DNA from: Alphaproteobacteria bacterium
Lineage (GTDB): Bacteria > Pseudomonadota > Alphaproteobacteria > JBFXJJ01
NCBI GenBank assembly: GCA_050175015.1
Contig: JBFXJJ010000002.1
Span: 160,001-224,000, forward strand
Length of the DNA: 64,000 nt
Direction: 5' to 3'
Part shown: one piece after another, positions 34,712 to 46,813 of the stretch
Layout: the number at the start of each line of letters is the position of its first letter
How positions within the stretch are numbered: the stretch's first letter is position 1
Notes under the pieces: model-generated
The model's input: the letters and a program-made list of their open reading frames with translations, nothing else
The model's database searches: none
Told to the model about the DNA's origin: nothing
Made by a program: the position numbers and the translations under genes

Positions 34712-35642
34712 TAGTAGAATTCCCTTGTGTTTTAGTTAAATATACTTTTTCATTTTCCATAATATGCTGCTTGGCATCAATAACTTCTTTACGAATTTTT
34801 TGGGTTTTTGTAAAAAGATCGAATAATTTATCTCCCTCGTTCCACCTAATAGCACGCTGAAGAGCGGTTAAGTCTTCTGAAAAGCGCTGAATAACTTCAA
34901 GAACAGCGTCCTTGTTGGCAAGAAAAATATCCCGCCACATTGTTGGATCTGAACCTGCAATTCTAGTAAAATCTCGGAAGCCGCTGGCAGAATATTTAAT
35001 GATTTCTTGTTTTAAATGGGTTTCCATATCATCAGCTGTTGCAACAATGGTGTATGCTATCAAATGCGGCAGGTGAGAAACAATCGCCATAACTTTATCG
35101 TGATGCTCAGGGGTCATCGTATCAACTTTAGAACCTATTTCCTGCCATAAGTCTGACAGTTTTTTAACGACGTCATCAGGCGTGCCATCTAGCGGTGTTA
35201 AAATGCACCATCTATCTTGAAAAAGCTCGGCAAAACCCGCCGCTGGTCCTGATTTCTCCGTGCCAGCTATAGGATGGGCAGGGATAAAATAGACACCACG
35301 TGAAACTTGGGGAGCAATATCTTTTACAACAGTTGTTTTCACTGAACCGACGTCAGAAACAATAGCGCCTTTTTTAAGAAAGGGAGCTATTTTAGTAAAA
35401 GCTTCACCCGAAGCACCAACAGGCGTACAGATAAAAACTAAATCGGCATCTTTAACAACGCTTTGATAATCTTTAACGGCAATATCTGCGAGATTGAGTT
35501 TTATCGTTTCATCAATGACATCATCAGAAATATCAAAGACCGCAATTTTTTGCGCAAGATTTTTAGCTTTGATTGCTCTTGCTAAAGAAGATGCAATAAG
35601 TCCAAAACCGATAAAAGAAATTTGTTCAAACATATAAGTCAT
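34704..35642 (-). CDS. tyrA: Prephenate/cyclohexadienyl dehydrogenase
   Basis: IGFGLIASS, DVGSVK, HPIAGTE.SG, HD...A.VSHLPH, GFRDFTRIA.SDP.MWRDI. Confidence 0.93.
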   Translation of the reverse strand: MTYMFEQISFIGFGLIASSLARAIKAKNLAQKIAVFDISDDVIDETIKLNLADIAVKDYQSVVKDADLVFICTPVGASGEAFTKIAPFLKKGAIVSDVGSVKTTVVKDIAPQVSRGVYFIPAHPIAGTEKSGPAAGFAELFQDRWCILTPLDGTPDDVVKKLSDLWQEIGSKVDTMTPEHHDKVMAIVSHLPHLIAYTIVATADDMETHLKQEIIKYSASGFRDFTRIAGSDPTMWRDIFLANKDAVLEVIQRFSEDLTALQRAIRWNEGDKLFDLFTKTQKIRKEVIDAKQHIMENEKVYLTKTQGNSTND

Positions 35643-35722
35643 TTTTTGATATAATTTTAAAAGATTATTCTCTATATTATTAAAAAAAAGAGCATAAGCA
35701 TTTAAAATATTTATAGCAAGGA

Positions 35723-36460
35723 TTGTTTAAAGTGCAGGTAAGTTTAATTGTATTTATATCTACGATTATGGGCTTTTTGTTTCCCTTTTTATCCCGAAGA
35801 CCATCGAAATTTATGCCCGCCGATGCTGCCACTGCTGCTGTTATGTTTTGCCATTTACCACGGTTTCCTCGAGGTATTAATAAAAATCATAAGAAAAGAT
35901 TTAAGAAGCTATGGTTTGATTTAATTAAAGGAAGCATTCTATGCGGAGCGGTATGCGGTTTAATAACTTTTTTCTTTATGTTTAAGATGCCGTTTTATCA
36001 GGGAATATTTATAAGTTTATTATGCTTAATTATGGTTTTTATGGCTCTTATTGATGCCAGATTTCAGATTATTCCAGACTTTTTTACCGTTCCGCTTTTG
36101 ATAATGGGCATAGCATTTGCCAACTTTGATTCCTATGTTGATGTTAATGATAGTATTCTGGGGGCATTATTTGGCTATGGAGCTCCAACCTTGGCAGGGG
36201 TTTTAATATCTTGGCGAACGAAAAGAGCGATAGGCGGAGGCGATGTTAAATTATTAGCGGCCTTAGGCGCTTGGTTTGGGATAATTGGCCTTAATTTTAT
36301 CGTTTTTGTCTCGGTATTACTGTTTGGATTTTATAGTTTTTTAACAAAACAAAAATATCTACCTTATGGACCTTTTGCTGCTATTGCCGTAATTGGAACC
36401 GCTATTATGCAGTTTGGTTTTGATATCATTCCGCTAGAATTTATTCTTGCTACAAAATAA
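35723..36460 (+). CDS. A24 prepilin peptidase
   Basis: IDARFQIIPD and GGGDVKL catalytic Asp motifs, LPYGPF; start uncertain. Confidence 0.85.
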   Translation: MFKVQVSLIVFISTIMGFLFPFLSRRPSKFMPADAATAAVMFCHLPRFPRGINKNHKKRFKKLWFDLIKGSILCGAVCGLITFFFMFKMPFYQGIFISLLCLIMVFMALIDARFQIIPDFFTVPLLIMGIAFANFDSYVDVNDSILGALFGYGAPTLAGVLISWRTKRAIGGGDVKLLAALGAWFGIIGLNFIVFVSVLLFGFYSFLTKQKYLPYGPFAAIAVIGTAIMQFGFDIIPLEFILATK

Positions 36461-36543
36461 TTTAGAGCATAAAAAAATCGGCATTTATTGCTGCTATGCG
36501 CATAATTTTTTTGTAGATAATTTTTATTTCAATTAGTTCATAT

Positions 36544-36578
36544 AAAAAAACTGCGGTCTCATTAGAAACCGCAGTTTT
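36544..36578 (-). terminator. groEL terminator
   Basis: AACTGCGGT...ACCGCAGTT with T run on the minus strand. Confidence 0.8.
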
Positions 36579-36623
36579 ATTTTTGACGCTAGGTTAAGCG
36601 CAAAAGAAGATAAGCTATCTAAA

Positions 36624-38306
<1,683 letters not shown>

Positions 38307-38315
38307 CTAATTCAA

Positions 38316-38606
38316 TTATTTTTCAACAACACCGAGAATATCGGCTTCTTTCATAATGATGCGTTCTTCACCATCAACCTTAACTTCGGTGCCTGACCAT
38401 TTGCCAAAAAGTACTCTATCACCAACTTTAACGTCCAAAGAAATTACTTTGCCGTCTTCAGTTCTAGCGCCTGGACCAACTGCTTCAACTATTCCCTGTG
38501 ATGGTTTTTCTTTGGCGGTGTCTGGAATAATGATTCCGCCTGCTGTTCTTGTATCTTCTTCAACGCGCTTAATAAGCACACGATCATATAATGGTCTAAA
38601 TTTCAT
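38316..38606 (-). CDS. groES: Co-chaperonin GroES
   Basis: [22 protein letters not shown]; start moved to 38606. Confidence 0.98.
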   Translation of the reverse strand: MKFRPLYDRVLIKRVEEDTRTAGGIIIPDTAKEKPSQGIVEAVGPGARTEDGKVISLDVKVGDRVLFGKWSGTEVKVDGEERIIMKEADILGVVEK

Positions 38607-38707
38607 GGAAAACCTCTTTCGCATTCCCATATTGTTAAAACAAAAAACTAATTATTACCGTAAAACAACCCAAGCAAAAAAGCTTCGAATACGATAAGTG
38701 ATAACTC

Positions 38708-38736
38708 AAGTAGGTTCTTTAAATTAAACTGTCAAG
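38708..38736 (-). promoter_or_regulatory. RpoH (sigma32)-type promoter of groESL
   Basis: CTTGAC-N16-CCTACTT. Confidence 0.7.
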
Positions 38737-38754
38737 GAGTTAAAGGAATATTTT

Positions 38755-39615
38755 TTATTTTTTTAACTTATCCCTAAGCAAATCAACTAGTTCTTTATGT
38801 TGTTTTTCTAGGATTTCAATTTTCTCTTCTATGCTTTCAGATGAAGAGTTTTCTTTGTTAAGACGTTTTTCTGTTCTTATTCCTTTAACACCTTCAACAA
38901 CAGCGCTGGTGAAAACATTTATAATCATAAGCATAAAAACGGCAACAAAAACCATAAAAAATATCCAAGAACAAGGATAAACCGACATTGCAAGTTGAGC
39001 TTTTTCACTCGACCAGCCATCAAAAGTTAAAAATCCAAATAAAGCTTCAAGTGCTAAAGAAAGATTACTAAAATCAACTAGTTCATCACCAAAAAGATAA
39101 ACCGACATAACGCCAAAAACATAGAAAACAATAACCATTAGGAATAATGTTGAAAAAACACTGGGCAATGTTTCTAAAAACATTGTTAAAACTCTGCGCA
39201 TTGATGGCAAAACCGAAAACAAGCGCAGCACTCTGAAAACTCGGAATGTTCTTATAATGATAAAGGCTCCAGTGCTTGGAATAAGAGAAAGGGCAACAAC
39301 TATAAAATCAAAAATATTCCAGCCGTCTTTAAAAAATTTATTTTTCATAACATAAATTTTTAAGCATATTTCAAAGACAAAAATTGAAACACATATGTAA
39401 TCAATTCCAATTAAAACTCTGTCAAAAGCAAGATAGATTTCAGGAAAAGTCATAGCTCCTAGAACAAAAGAATTAAGAAGAATTATTGTAAGAATGAAAG
39501 TATCAAAACGATAGTCTTTTACAACGGCTTCTAATTTTGCTCTAACATTAGAAAAACAACAAGTAACATGGTTTTTCACATTATCTGACAATTTTTCTTT
39601 GGTAGTCTGAACCAT
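38755..39615 (-). CDS. Voltage-gated cation channel (BacNav-like ion transport protein)
   Basis: WNIFDF, S4 R..R..R..R (IRTFRVFRVLRL), filter LTFDGWS, C-terminal coiled coil. Confidence 0.88.
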   Translation of the reverse strand: MVQTTKEKLSDNVKNHVTCCFSNVRAKLEAVVKDYRFDTFILTIILLNSFVLGAMTFPEIYLAFDRVLIGIDYICVSIFVFEICLKIYVMKNKFFKDGWNIFDFIVVALSLIPSTGAFIIIRTFRVFRVLRLFSVLPSMRRVLTMFLETLPSVFSTLFLMVIVFYVFGVMSVYLFGDELVDFSNLSLALEALFGFLTFDGWSSEKAQLAMSVYPCSWIFFMVFVAVFMLMIINVFTSAVVEGVKGIRTEKRLNKENSSSESIEEKIEILEKQHKELVDLLRDKLKK

Positions 39616-39754
39616 TTTTAAAACCTCCTAAAATTCATTACTAATAAGGTACCCTTTATCTAACAATAAATAAAGCAAAATTATTTTTATATACTTGTTC
39701 TAATGTTTTAACTTTTGTTATTATATAATATCTTTTTCTTAACTTTAATTAAGG

Positions 39755-41593
39755 TTGATATTTTTGTCTGAAGTTCTTAAAGAATATGCGAAAGGCGATA
39801 TAATTTTCCGTGAAGGCGATATAAGTAACTTAGCTTACATCGTGGTTCAAGGAAGTGTTGATATTTTTAAAAAGGGCATCTCTGATCCGATAGCTACGAT
39901 AAAAAACGGTGACATTATTGGTGAAATGAGTGCCATTGATGGCAAGCCTCGCAGTTGCTCGGCCATGGCTAAAACTAAAGTTATTTTAGAAGAGATAAAA
40001 GCTTCACAGTTAAAGGAGCAGATTGAAAAAGACAAAGATTTTTCGTTATCGATCATTAAAAGCCTTATTAAAAGAATGCGCGATACGGATAATAAACTCT
40101 CCTCAACGGCAAATAATCAGGTTGAAAGAATCAATACTTCTACAAATGTTGAAGAAAAAGATCTTTCTGCAGCTCAAGAGAGTAGTACTCAAGTAAAAAC
40201 AGAGGATAATGTCTCCAATTTTAATTTTATGGGTTGGTTGTTTGGCTCTAAAGCAAATAGCATCTTTAATCTTTATCTGCCATCAATTATGGGAGATAAA
40301 AACAACCAACTCCGCAATCAGCTTTTAGAATTTTTTGAGACGTTAGATTTTTTTAATGCGAATAAAGCTTCTGACTGCAACAATGTTACCTCCTATGTTA
40401 AGCAAATTAGTAAAAAAAATGGCGATATATTGCTTAAGTGTGAAATAAATTATGACAGCAATATTCTAGCGGTTGCCTTAATTACTAAACACCCTAATCC
40501 TTATACTTATACCAATATTTTGCACAACAGCTTTAAGTTTTATATCCCGATATCGGCAGAAGACGGCAATTTTTCTTTGCTCAAGTGCTTGATTGCCGGA
40601 TTTGTTAATCCCAGAAGTAAAAAACAAAAAGATGCTCTAGCTGCAATCTTGCCTTCTTTCATTGATGACGCTAAAACATCATTGGCATCACCAAAGCTGC
40701 ACTCTCCTCAGCTTATTGCTTATAACCTTATCTGTTTTGGAGTTGTTTGTTTTAATTTATATAACTTAAATAATGATGATAAATGGCTTAAAACCGCTAT
40801 CGAGATTTTTCAAAAAACACTATCTATACCAAATAATCAAACGGAAATTTCTTTTGCAGGTAATTTTCTTCTAGCTCAATGCTACAGCTGTCTTTGTAAT
40901 AAAAAAGAATATCAAGAAAGTAATATGAATCTTGCGGTAAAACACTATAACATTGCTAAAACTCTTCTAAATTCATCTATAGATGCCGAAAAGCTAGCCA
41001 TCATTGACAGCCAAATATCTTTTATATGTTCAACGGTTGGTATGGTTGAGGGACGTAAAGATGATCTGCTTAATTCGATAACCTGCGCCAAAAGCGCATT
41101 GGCTTATTTTTCTTCACAAAAAGAGATTTCTAAATGGTCAGCTGTTGCCAATAATATGGCTCAGACTATGCAGTTTTATGGTAACCTTTATGGCGATATT
41201 GATTACATAAAAAGCTCTATCGAGGCGTTTGAGCTTATTCTTGCAACTAGAGACAAGAAGAAAAATCCTTTGCTTTGGGCTGAAACAAAAAATAATTTGG
41301 CATCATCTTGTTTTATTTTAGGAAAATATACTAACAATAATAAAGACTTTCAAGAAGCTGCCGAAGCCTTTGAAGAAGCTGCCAATATTTACAAAACACA
41401 CAAGCAGGAGAAGCAGGCCCACGTTTCTTTGCGTAATCATAAACTTGCGACAGAAGCATGCGCTAAAACAGCCGCTCAGAAAACTAGTCGTGATGAAACT
41501 TGGCGGCTTGAATTTGAAAGCAAAGAAGATATAGATGAAATTCCAAGCAACATTAATGAAGATGAGTGGAGCAAAGAACTTTTAGACAGCTAA
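39755..41593 (+). CDS. Cyclic-nucleotide-binding domain + TPR-repeat protein
   Basis: GD.IFREGD, GEMSAIDGKPRS.SA CNB motif; P..WA.T.NNL-type repeats at the C-terminus. Confidence 0.8.
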   Translation: MIFLSEVLKEYAKGDIIFREGDISNLAYIVVQGSVDIFKKGISDPIATIKNGDIIGEMSAIDGKPRSCSAMAKTKVILEEIKASQLKEQIEKDKDFSLSIIKSLIKRMRDTDNKLSSTANNQVERINTSTNVEEKDLSAAQESSTQVKTEDNVSNFNFMGWLFGSKANSIFNLYLPSIMGDKNNQLRNQLLEFFETLDFFNANKASDCNNVTSYVKQISKKNGDILLKCEINYDSNILAVALITKHPNPYTYTNILHNSFKFYIPISAEDGNFSLLKCLIAGFVNPRSKKQKDALAAILPSFIDDAKTSLASPKLHSPQLIAYNLICFGVVCFNLYNLNNDDKWLKTAIEIFQKTLSIPNNQTEISFAGNFLLAQCYSCLCNKKEYQESNMNLAVKHYNIAKTLLNSSIDAEKLAIIDSQISFICSTVGMVEGRKDDLLNSITCAKSALAYFSSQKEISKWSAVANNMAQTMQFYGNLYGDIDYIKSSIEAFELILATRDKKKNPLLWAETKNNLASSCFILGKYTNNNKDFQEAAEAFEEAANIYKTHKQEKQAHVSLRNHKLATEACAKTAAQKTSRDETWRLEFESKEDIDEIPSNINEDEWSKELLDS

Positions 41594-41626
41594 ATGAAAT
41601 GTGCTTTGAATTCATAGCCTAATTAC

Positions 41627-41667
41627 AATAAAAGCCCCAAAGACATTTTATCTAAGGGGCTTTTATT
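41627..41667. terminator. Bidirectional terminator
   Basis: AATAAAAGCCCC...GGGGCTTTTATT. Confidence 0.75.
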
Positions 41668-41690
41668 TATAAACGATAGATTAAGAACAA

Positions 41691-42140
41691 CTAATCTTCT
41701 TCAGTAAACATCGCAAAGATAGCTTCAGAACTGCCGCTGCCTCTTAATTTTTCGCACATTTTTTCATCTCTTAAGACTCTTGAAACTTTAGCAAGAGCTT
41801 TAAGGTGATCTGCACCAGCTTCTTCAGGAGCTAAAAGTAAGAAAATAAGATCAACTGGTCTATCATCAATAGAATCAAAATTAATCGGATTTTCTAATCT
41901 CGCAAAAAAACCATAGAGTTTATTTAATTCATTAAGCTTCCCATGAGGAATAGCGACTCCATTACCAACACCAGTAGTTCCAAGACGTTCTCTTTCGATT
42001 AAAACATCAAAGATTTCTCTTTCTTCTATGGTAGTAAGATGAGAAGCGCAACTAGCTAGCTCTTGAAGGGCTTGCTTTTTGCTTGAGACCTTTAACTTTG
42101 GAATAATTCCTTCAGGTCTAATTATATTACTAAAATACAT
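41691..42140 (-). CDS. ptsN: PTS EIIA(Ntr)
   Basis: RERLGTTGVGNGVAIPHG, DDRPVDL, AGADHLKALA. Confidence 0.95.
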   Translation of the reverse strand: MYFSNIIRPEGIIPKLKVSSKKQALQELASCASHLTTIEEREIFDVLIERERLGTTGVGNGVAIPHGKLNELNKLYGFFARLENPINFDSIDDRPVDLIFLLLAPEEAGADHLKALAKVSRVLRDEKMCEKLRGSGSSEAIFAMFTEED

Positions 42141-42190
42141 TTGTAATCCTTTGTGAAACACTCAAAAAAAACAACAAAAACAGCAGTTGT

Positions 42191-42766
42191 TTATGCTTGT
42201 TTATTGCGTTCGCTTTGAGGATCAACCCAGCCGATGTTACCATCTTTACGTCTATAAACCATATTGATTCCGCCGTGAGAATTGTTACGGAATAATAAAG
42301 CTGGCATATCAGCTAAATCCATACGCATTACTGCACCGCTAACCGTACAAGATGGGATTTCGGCTTCGAGTTCTGCGATAGTAATTGGAGAACCTTCCAC
42401 AGGAAGTTCTTCTTCAGAATTTTCAGCAGCAATAATTGAATGATAAGCAGATTCAATTTCTGCTGAACGACTTTTTTGATCAACAAGACGGTTTTTATAA
42501 CGACGAAGTCTTGTTGCAATTTTTTCATTAGCATTATCAAGAGCAGCGTTAAGGTCTGAACTTGTAGAACTGCCCTGAAGAACAATACCTCTTCTTGGGT
42601 GAACCGTAATATCAGCCTTTACATTGTCTCCTTCTTTTGAAAAAGAAACGTTTGCACTAATAATGTCATCAAAATATTTGCTGACGGTAGACGTTAAACT
42701 TTTTTCAACATATTCACGCAACCTATCGGTTACTGTAATTTGTTTACCTGTTGTAGTTATTTTCAT
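42191..42766 (-). CDS. hpf: Ribosome hibernation promoting factor (long HPF)
   Basis: GK.I.V...LR, RLRRYK.RL, N.VYRR.DGNIGW.DP. Confidence 0.93.
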   Translation of the reverse strand: MKITTTGKQITVTDRLREYVEKSLTSTVSKYFDDIISANVSFSKEGDNVKADITVHPRRGIVLQGSSTSSDLNAALDNANEKIATRLRRYKNRLVDQKSRSAEIESAYHSIIAAENSEEELPVEGSPITIAELEAEIPSCTVSGAVMRMDLADMPALLFRNNSHGGINMVYRRKDGNIGWVDPQSERNKQA

Positions 42767-42961
42767 CTTAAACACTCTATCACTTTGTTATTAAGTATAA
42801 ACTAATAAACTAAAATTTAGATATAAGACTTTTATTATGAATAATCAAGTCTAGTATTAAATATAGCAAACAGCTAATTAAGCGAAAAAAAGCCTGCTCG
42901 TCAATAGAGAATAAGTTTAAGTTACTGATATTATTTTTTAATTTACAACAACGCGTTGTTT

Positions 42962-44416
42962 TTAAACGGTTTTTTTATCCCTGCGGCGCTGAACTGAGGA
43001 TGGAATTTTCATAGCTTCACGATACTTAGTGACCGTTCGCCTTGCGATATCCACACCTTCTTTTTGTAAGATTTCCACAATTTTATCATCTGAAAGTATT
43101 TTTTTGTGATTCTCCTCATCAATTAGAGCTTTAATTCTGAATTTGATTGTTTCAGAAGAGGTTGATTGCCCGCTTGATGCTCCCAAAGCTTGAGAGAAGA
43201 AATATTTAAGTTCAAACACCCCTCTTGGAGTTGCAATATATTTATTAGTTGTTACACGGCTGATTGTGCTTTCGTGCATTTCAACGGCTTCGGCAATATC
43301 CCTAAGCGTTAAAGGTTTGAAAAACTCAATGCCATATTCAAAAAAATCTTGTTGATGAATAACAATCTCGGTCGCCGTTTTAAGTATTGTATTAGCACGC
43401 TGCTGCAAAGATTTAATGAGCCAATTAGCCGATGAAATTTTTTCGTTAATAAAACTTTTTTCTTCTCTCTTTTTAACTAGAGAATTAATTTCGACCAAGT
43501 AATCATTATTAATTAGAACCCTTGGGAGCGTTCCAGAATTAAGCTCTAGAGTCCAAGAACCATCAGTCCTTGTCCGCATAATAATATCAGGAACAACTGT
43601 TTGAACTATGTTATATTCAAAGATGCTGGCTGGTTTAGGGTTTAGCTCTTTAATTTCCTTTATCATCTGCAAAACATCTTCTAAATCGACCCCGCAGACT
43701 TTTTGCAGCTTATTATAGTCTTTAGCCGCAACTAGATCTAAATTATCCAACATTGCAGCTATTGCTGGGTCATATTTGTTTTTTTCTTTCAACTGCTCAG
43801 CCAAACATTCGGCAAGATTTCTGCAAAAAACACCCGTTGGCTCAAATGTCTTCAACTTGGCCAAGATTTTGTTCATTCTGCCTTCCGAACAACCAAGTTT
43901 TTTTTCAATATCTTTAACATCACCAAAAAGATAGCCTGAAGGATCTAGCATATCTAAAATATTTACGGCAATAATACGATCAGCATTATCAGGAAATGCT
44001 AAATTTATCTGATCTAAAATGTGTTCTCTAAAATTAACGGTGTGAGAAATAGTCTGTTCTAAAACATTTTCTCCATATTCATAATTTTTAGAGTTTGTCT
44101 CTTTCCAATTATTAAGACTTAAATCACTTTCAGCATAATCACTATCGATATCAAGTGGAGCATCGGTTTCTATATTTTGCGTTTTTTCTATTTCTGGGTT
44201 TTCTGATATTGTTTCTTCTTCGGAAATTATTTTGCTTTCAACCCTGTCTAAGGTTTCATCTTCGGTTTCGAGTAAGGGATTTTTTTCTAATTCTGAAGTA
44301 ACATATTCTGCCAATTCTAAGTTAGACATCTGCAAAAGCTTAATCGCCTGCTGCAACTGCGGCGTCATAACCAGCGATTGTTTAAGCTTTAAGTCTAACC
44401 TAGGTGTTACAGCCAT
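42962..44416 (-). CDS. rpoN: RNA polymerase sigma-54
   Basis: MTPQLQQAIKLLQ, HESTISR, ARRTV.KYRE RpoN box. Confidence 0.97.
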   Translation of the reverse strand: MAVTPRLDLKLKQSLVMTPQLQQAIKLLQMSNLELAEYVTSELEKNPLLETEDETLDRVESKIISEEETISENPEIEKTQNIETDAPLDIDSDYAESDLSLNNWKETNSKNYEYGENVLEQTISHTVNFREHILDQINLAFPDNADRIIAVNILDMLDPSGYLFGDVKDIEKKLGCSEGRMNKILAKLKTFEPTGVFCRNLAECLAEQLKEKNKYDPAIAAMLDNLDLVAAKDYNKLQKVCGVDLEDVLQMIKEIKELNPKPASIFEYNIVQTVVPDIIMRTRTDGSWTLELNSGTLPRVLINNDYLVEINSLVKKREEKSFINEKISSANWLIKSLQQRANTILKTATEIVIHQQDFFEYGIEFFKPLTLRDIAEAVEMHESTISRVTTNKYIATPRGVFELKYFFSQALGASSGQSTSSETIKFRIKALIDEENHKKILSDDKIVEILQKEGVDIARRTVTKYREAMKIPSSVQRRRDKKTV

Positions 44417-44523
44417 TTATTACATAACCTCAAACGCACTAAAATGAGCAACTACGCATCTTTTTAGCGGTTATATTTTTGTTAAATACGGTAACACTAT
44501 AACGCATTATTATTAAACAATGC

Positions 44524-45330
44524 TTAAAGACTGAAACGTGTGCCTAAATAAACTCTTCGGACACCATCGTGGGCAACAATCTCAGAAGGAGAACCCTCCA
44601 TCATAACCATTCCATCGTGAAGAATATATGCACGGTCAATAATGTCGAGTGTTTCTCTAACATTGTGATCGGTTATCAAAACGCCTATTCCCTTGTGTTT
44701 CAGATGAGAAACCAAATCTCTGATTTCCCCAACGGCAATAGGGTCAATACCAGCTAAAGGTTCGTCAAGCAGGACAAAAGAAGGATTAGAAGCTAAAGCT
44801 CTAGCAATTTCAACACGGCGACGTTCACCGCCAGAAAGTGCAATTGCAGGAGCGTGTCTTAAATGAGTTATGGAAAATTCAGCCAAAAGCTCTTCCAGCA
44901 TATTTTCTCTTTTATTATAATCGCTTTCAATAACTTCTAAGATTGAGCGAATATTATTTTCAACCGTCATACTGCGAAAAATTGAGGCTTCCTGAGGCAA
45001 ATATCCTATACCTAATCTTGCTCTGCGGTACATTGGAAGTGATGTGATATTATTCCCATCAATTTTAATTTCGCCGTAATCAGGAGTAATTAAACCAGTA
45101 ACACAATAAAAACAAGTAGTCTTGCCGGCACCATTCGGTCCTAAGAGACCAACGGCTTCACCACGTTTTACATTAAGAGAAATATTTCTTAAAACAGGAC
45201 GTTTTTTATACTGTTTGCCAATACTTACAACTTCCAAACCGGCATTAACAGAGACTAACTTGGGTTTTGTTATCTCTTTATCTTTGTCTGTTTTGCTGTT
45301 CTTATTTGTAAAAATTGGTTTTATATTCAT
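44524..45330 (-). CDS. lptB: LPS export ABC ATPase
   Basis: GPNGAGKTT, YLPQEASIFR, LSGGERRR, ITDHNVRETL. Confidence 0.97.
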   Translation of the reverse strand: MNIKPIFTNKNSKTDKDKEITKPKLVSVNAGLEVVSIGKQYKKRPVLRNISLNVKRGEAVGLLGPNGAGKTTCFYCVTGLITPDYGEIKIDGNNITSLPMYRRARLGIGYLPQEASIFRSMTVENNIRSILEVIESDYNKRENMLEELLAEFSITHLRHAPAIALSGGERRRVEIARALASNPSFVLLDEPLAGIDPIAVGEIRDLVSHLKHKGIGVLITDHNVRETLDIIDRAYILHDGMVMMEGSPSEIVAHDGVRRVYLGTRFSL

Positions 45331-45383
45331 TTCTTTGTTTTACAATAATTTATATTAAAAATTATTTAAGAATCTTTTATTTT

Positions 45384-46169
45384 TTATTCTTTAACAAAAG
45401 TTCCCTTAACTCTTTGTTTTCCTTGGGCATTAGATGTCAAACGACTTATCCCTGTTTGCAGATTAACCTCAGCTTTATCACCTCTTAGCTGATTTTCTTG
45501 CTGACTTATTATGACGTTACCGTCCAAAGTTGCAATAGATTTTTTTGCATCATAAATTCCATTATCGGCAGTTATTTTCTCGTTAGCGGTGTTAATCTCT
45601 ACCTTTCCGATAGTTTTCGCATTTTTTAACTCGAGAACATTTTTTTCTTTGTTGTTAACAAAATATGCTTCTATTGTTGATGCAACTAATTTTTTGCCAT
45701 CACTAACTATGGTTGCATTACCCTTGGCAATTGCTTTTTTTTCATTTTGGTTATATTCAAGTTTTTCATACGCTGTAAGAGTTTCTTTATGACGCTCTAA
45801 TTTAGCAGGATTACCCGTTACGGTTATAATGCCTGTTTCAATATTATATTCCGCTTCATCTCCGCTTATCTTGACTTCTGGAGATATAAAAACAATATTG
45901 TCTTTAGCCGCAAATTTGAAAACTTCAGGTTTATCATTATTATGATAATAAGCTTCGATAACACTACTGGTTAGCTTAAGCTTTCCTTGTGTTACAACAG
46001 CATTTCCAAGTGCTGATATACTTTTCTTGGTTCTATCCCATTCAACACCGTCGGTTGCTTCAATTTGTATCGCTCCTCCAGTTGAAGCTGCAAAACCAAG
46101 ATTTTGAGCTTTTGCTTCTGCTGCAAACATTGTGGCTAAAAATGCCAAAAATAATAACCTTTTTATCAT
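45384..46169 (-). CDS. lptA: LptA/OstA-family LPS transport protein
   Basis: Signal peptide, beta-jellyroll repeats, position between lptC and lptB. Confidence 0.85.
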   Translation of the reverse strand: MIKRLLFLAFLATMFAAEAKAQNLGFAASTGGAIQIEATDGVEWDRTKKSISALGNAVVTQGKLKLTSSVIEAYYHNNDKPEVFKFAAKDNIVFISPEVKISGDEAEYNIETGIITVTGNPAKLERHKETLTAYEKLEYNQNEKKAIAKGNATIVSDGKKLVASTIEAYFVNNKEKNVLELKNAKTIGKVEINTANEKITADNGIYDAKKSIATLDGNVIISQQENQLRGDKAEVNLQTGISRLTSNAQGKQRVKGTFVKE

Positions 46170-46813
46170 AAAGTTCCCTTTGGTATCCGATATAATTTAA
46201 CTTTTGTTTTGCCTGTAATTTTTATTTTGTTGCCTTTTTCACTGATACTAAGTCCTTCACCTGCGACCTCACCAAAAGGTGCCGCAAACAAAATTTTTTC
46301 ATTTGAAACCGCCTCTCCTTTTTTTAAATCTATCTTCATTTTGCCGATTTCAAAATTATAGCCGCCATCGTGAAAAATGCTAACGCCATCATTTAATTCT
46401 AAAATTTCATCTTTCTGCTTAAAAACGCCATTAGATGCTTCCGCCGCAACCCACGTATTATCAGACATCATAATGTCAGCTTTAGGTTTTGTAAGCTCAA
46501 TAATCATTGAGCCTGGCTCTGTCTCCATAGCCAAATCTGCGCTTAAAGAATATGGTTGATTCTTATTGTCGGTTGCAAAGAATTTGGCATTAACCATACG
46601 CATACTTTCAATTCTAGAAAACTCAGGAATGCCTATATTGATTTTAAATTTATCTTTTTCAGCAAGAATTTGAGGCCAGATTAAAATTAGACCTATTAAC
46701 ACGCTAGCTATAGCTGGCAGTAAAAGTTTTAAAATTTTTACAAACCTAGTATATCCGATAACACTACGTTCAGACAATCTTTGCGGTTTATAACTTTCAG
46801 AAAACTTGCTCAT
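46166..46813 (-). CDS. lptC: LPS export protein LptC
   Basis: Y.RFV...K..LP single TM followed by beta-rich domain; operon context. Confidence 0.85.
   Translation of the reverse strand: MSKFSESYKPQRLSERSVIGYTRFVKILKLLLPAIASVLIGLILIWPQILAEKDKFKINIGIPEFSRIESMRMVNAKFFATDNKNQPYSLSADLAMETEPGSMIIELTKPKADIMMSDNTWVAAEASNGVFKQKDEILELNDGVSIFHDGGYNFEIGKMKIDLKKGEAVSNEKILFAAPFGEVAGEGLSISEKGNKIKITGKTKVKLYRIPKGTL

Noticed and set aside
38670-38705. CIRCE element upstream of groES
   Set aside because: Only a degenerate left half (TTATCACTT); no matching GAGTGCTAA right arm.
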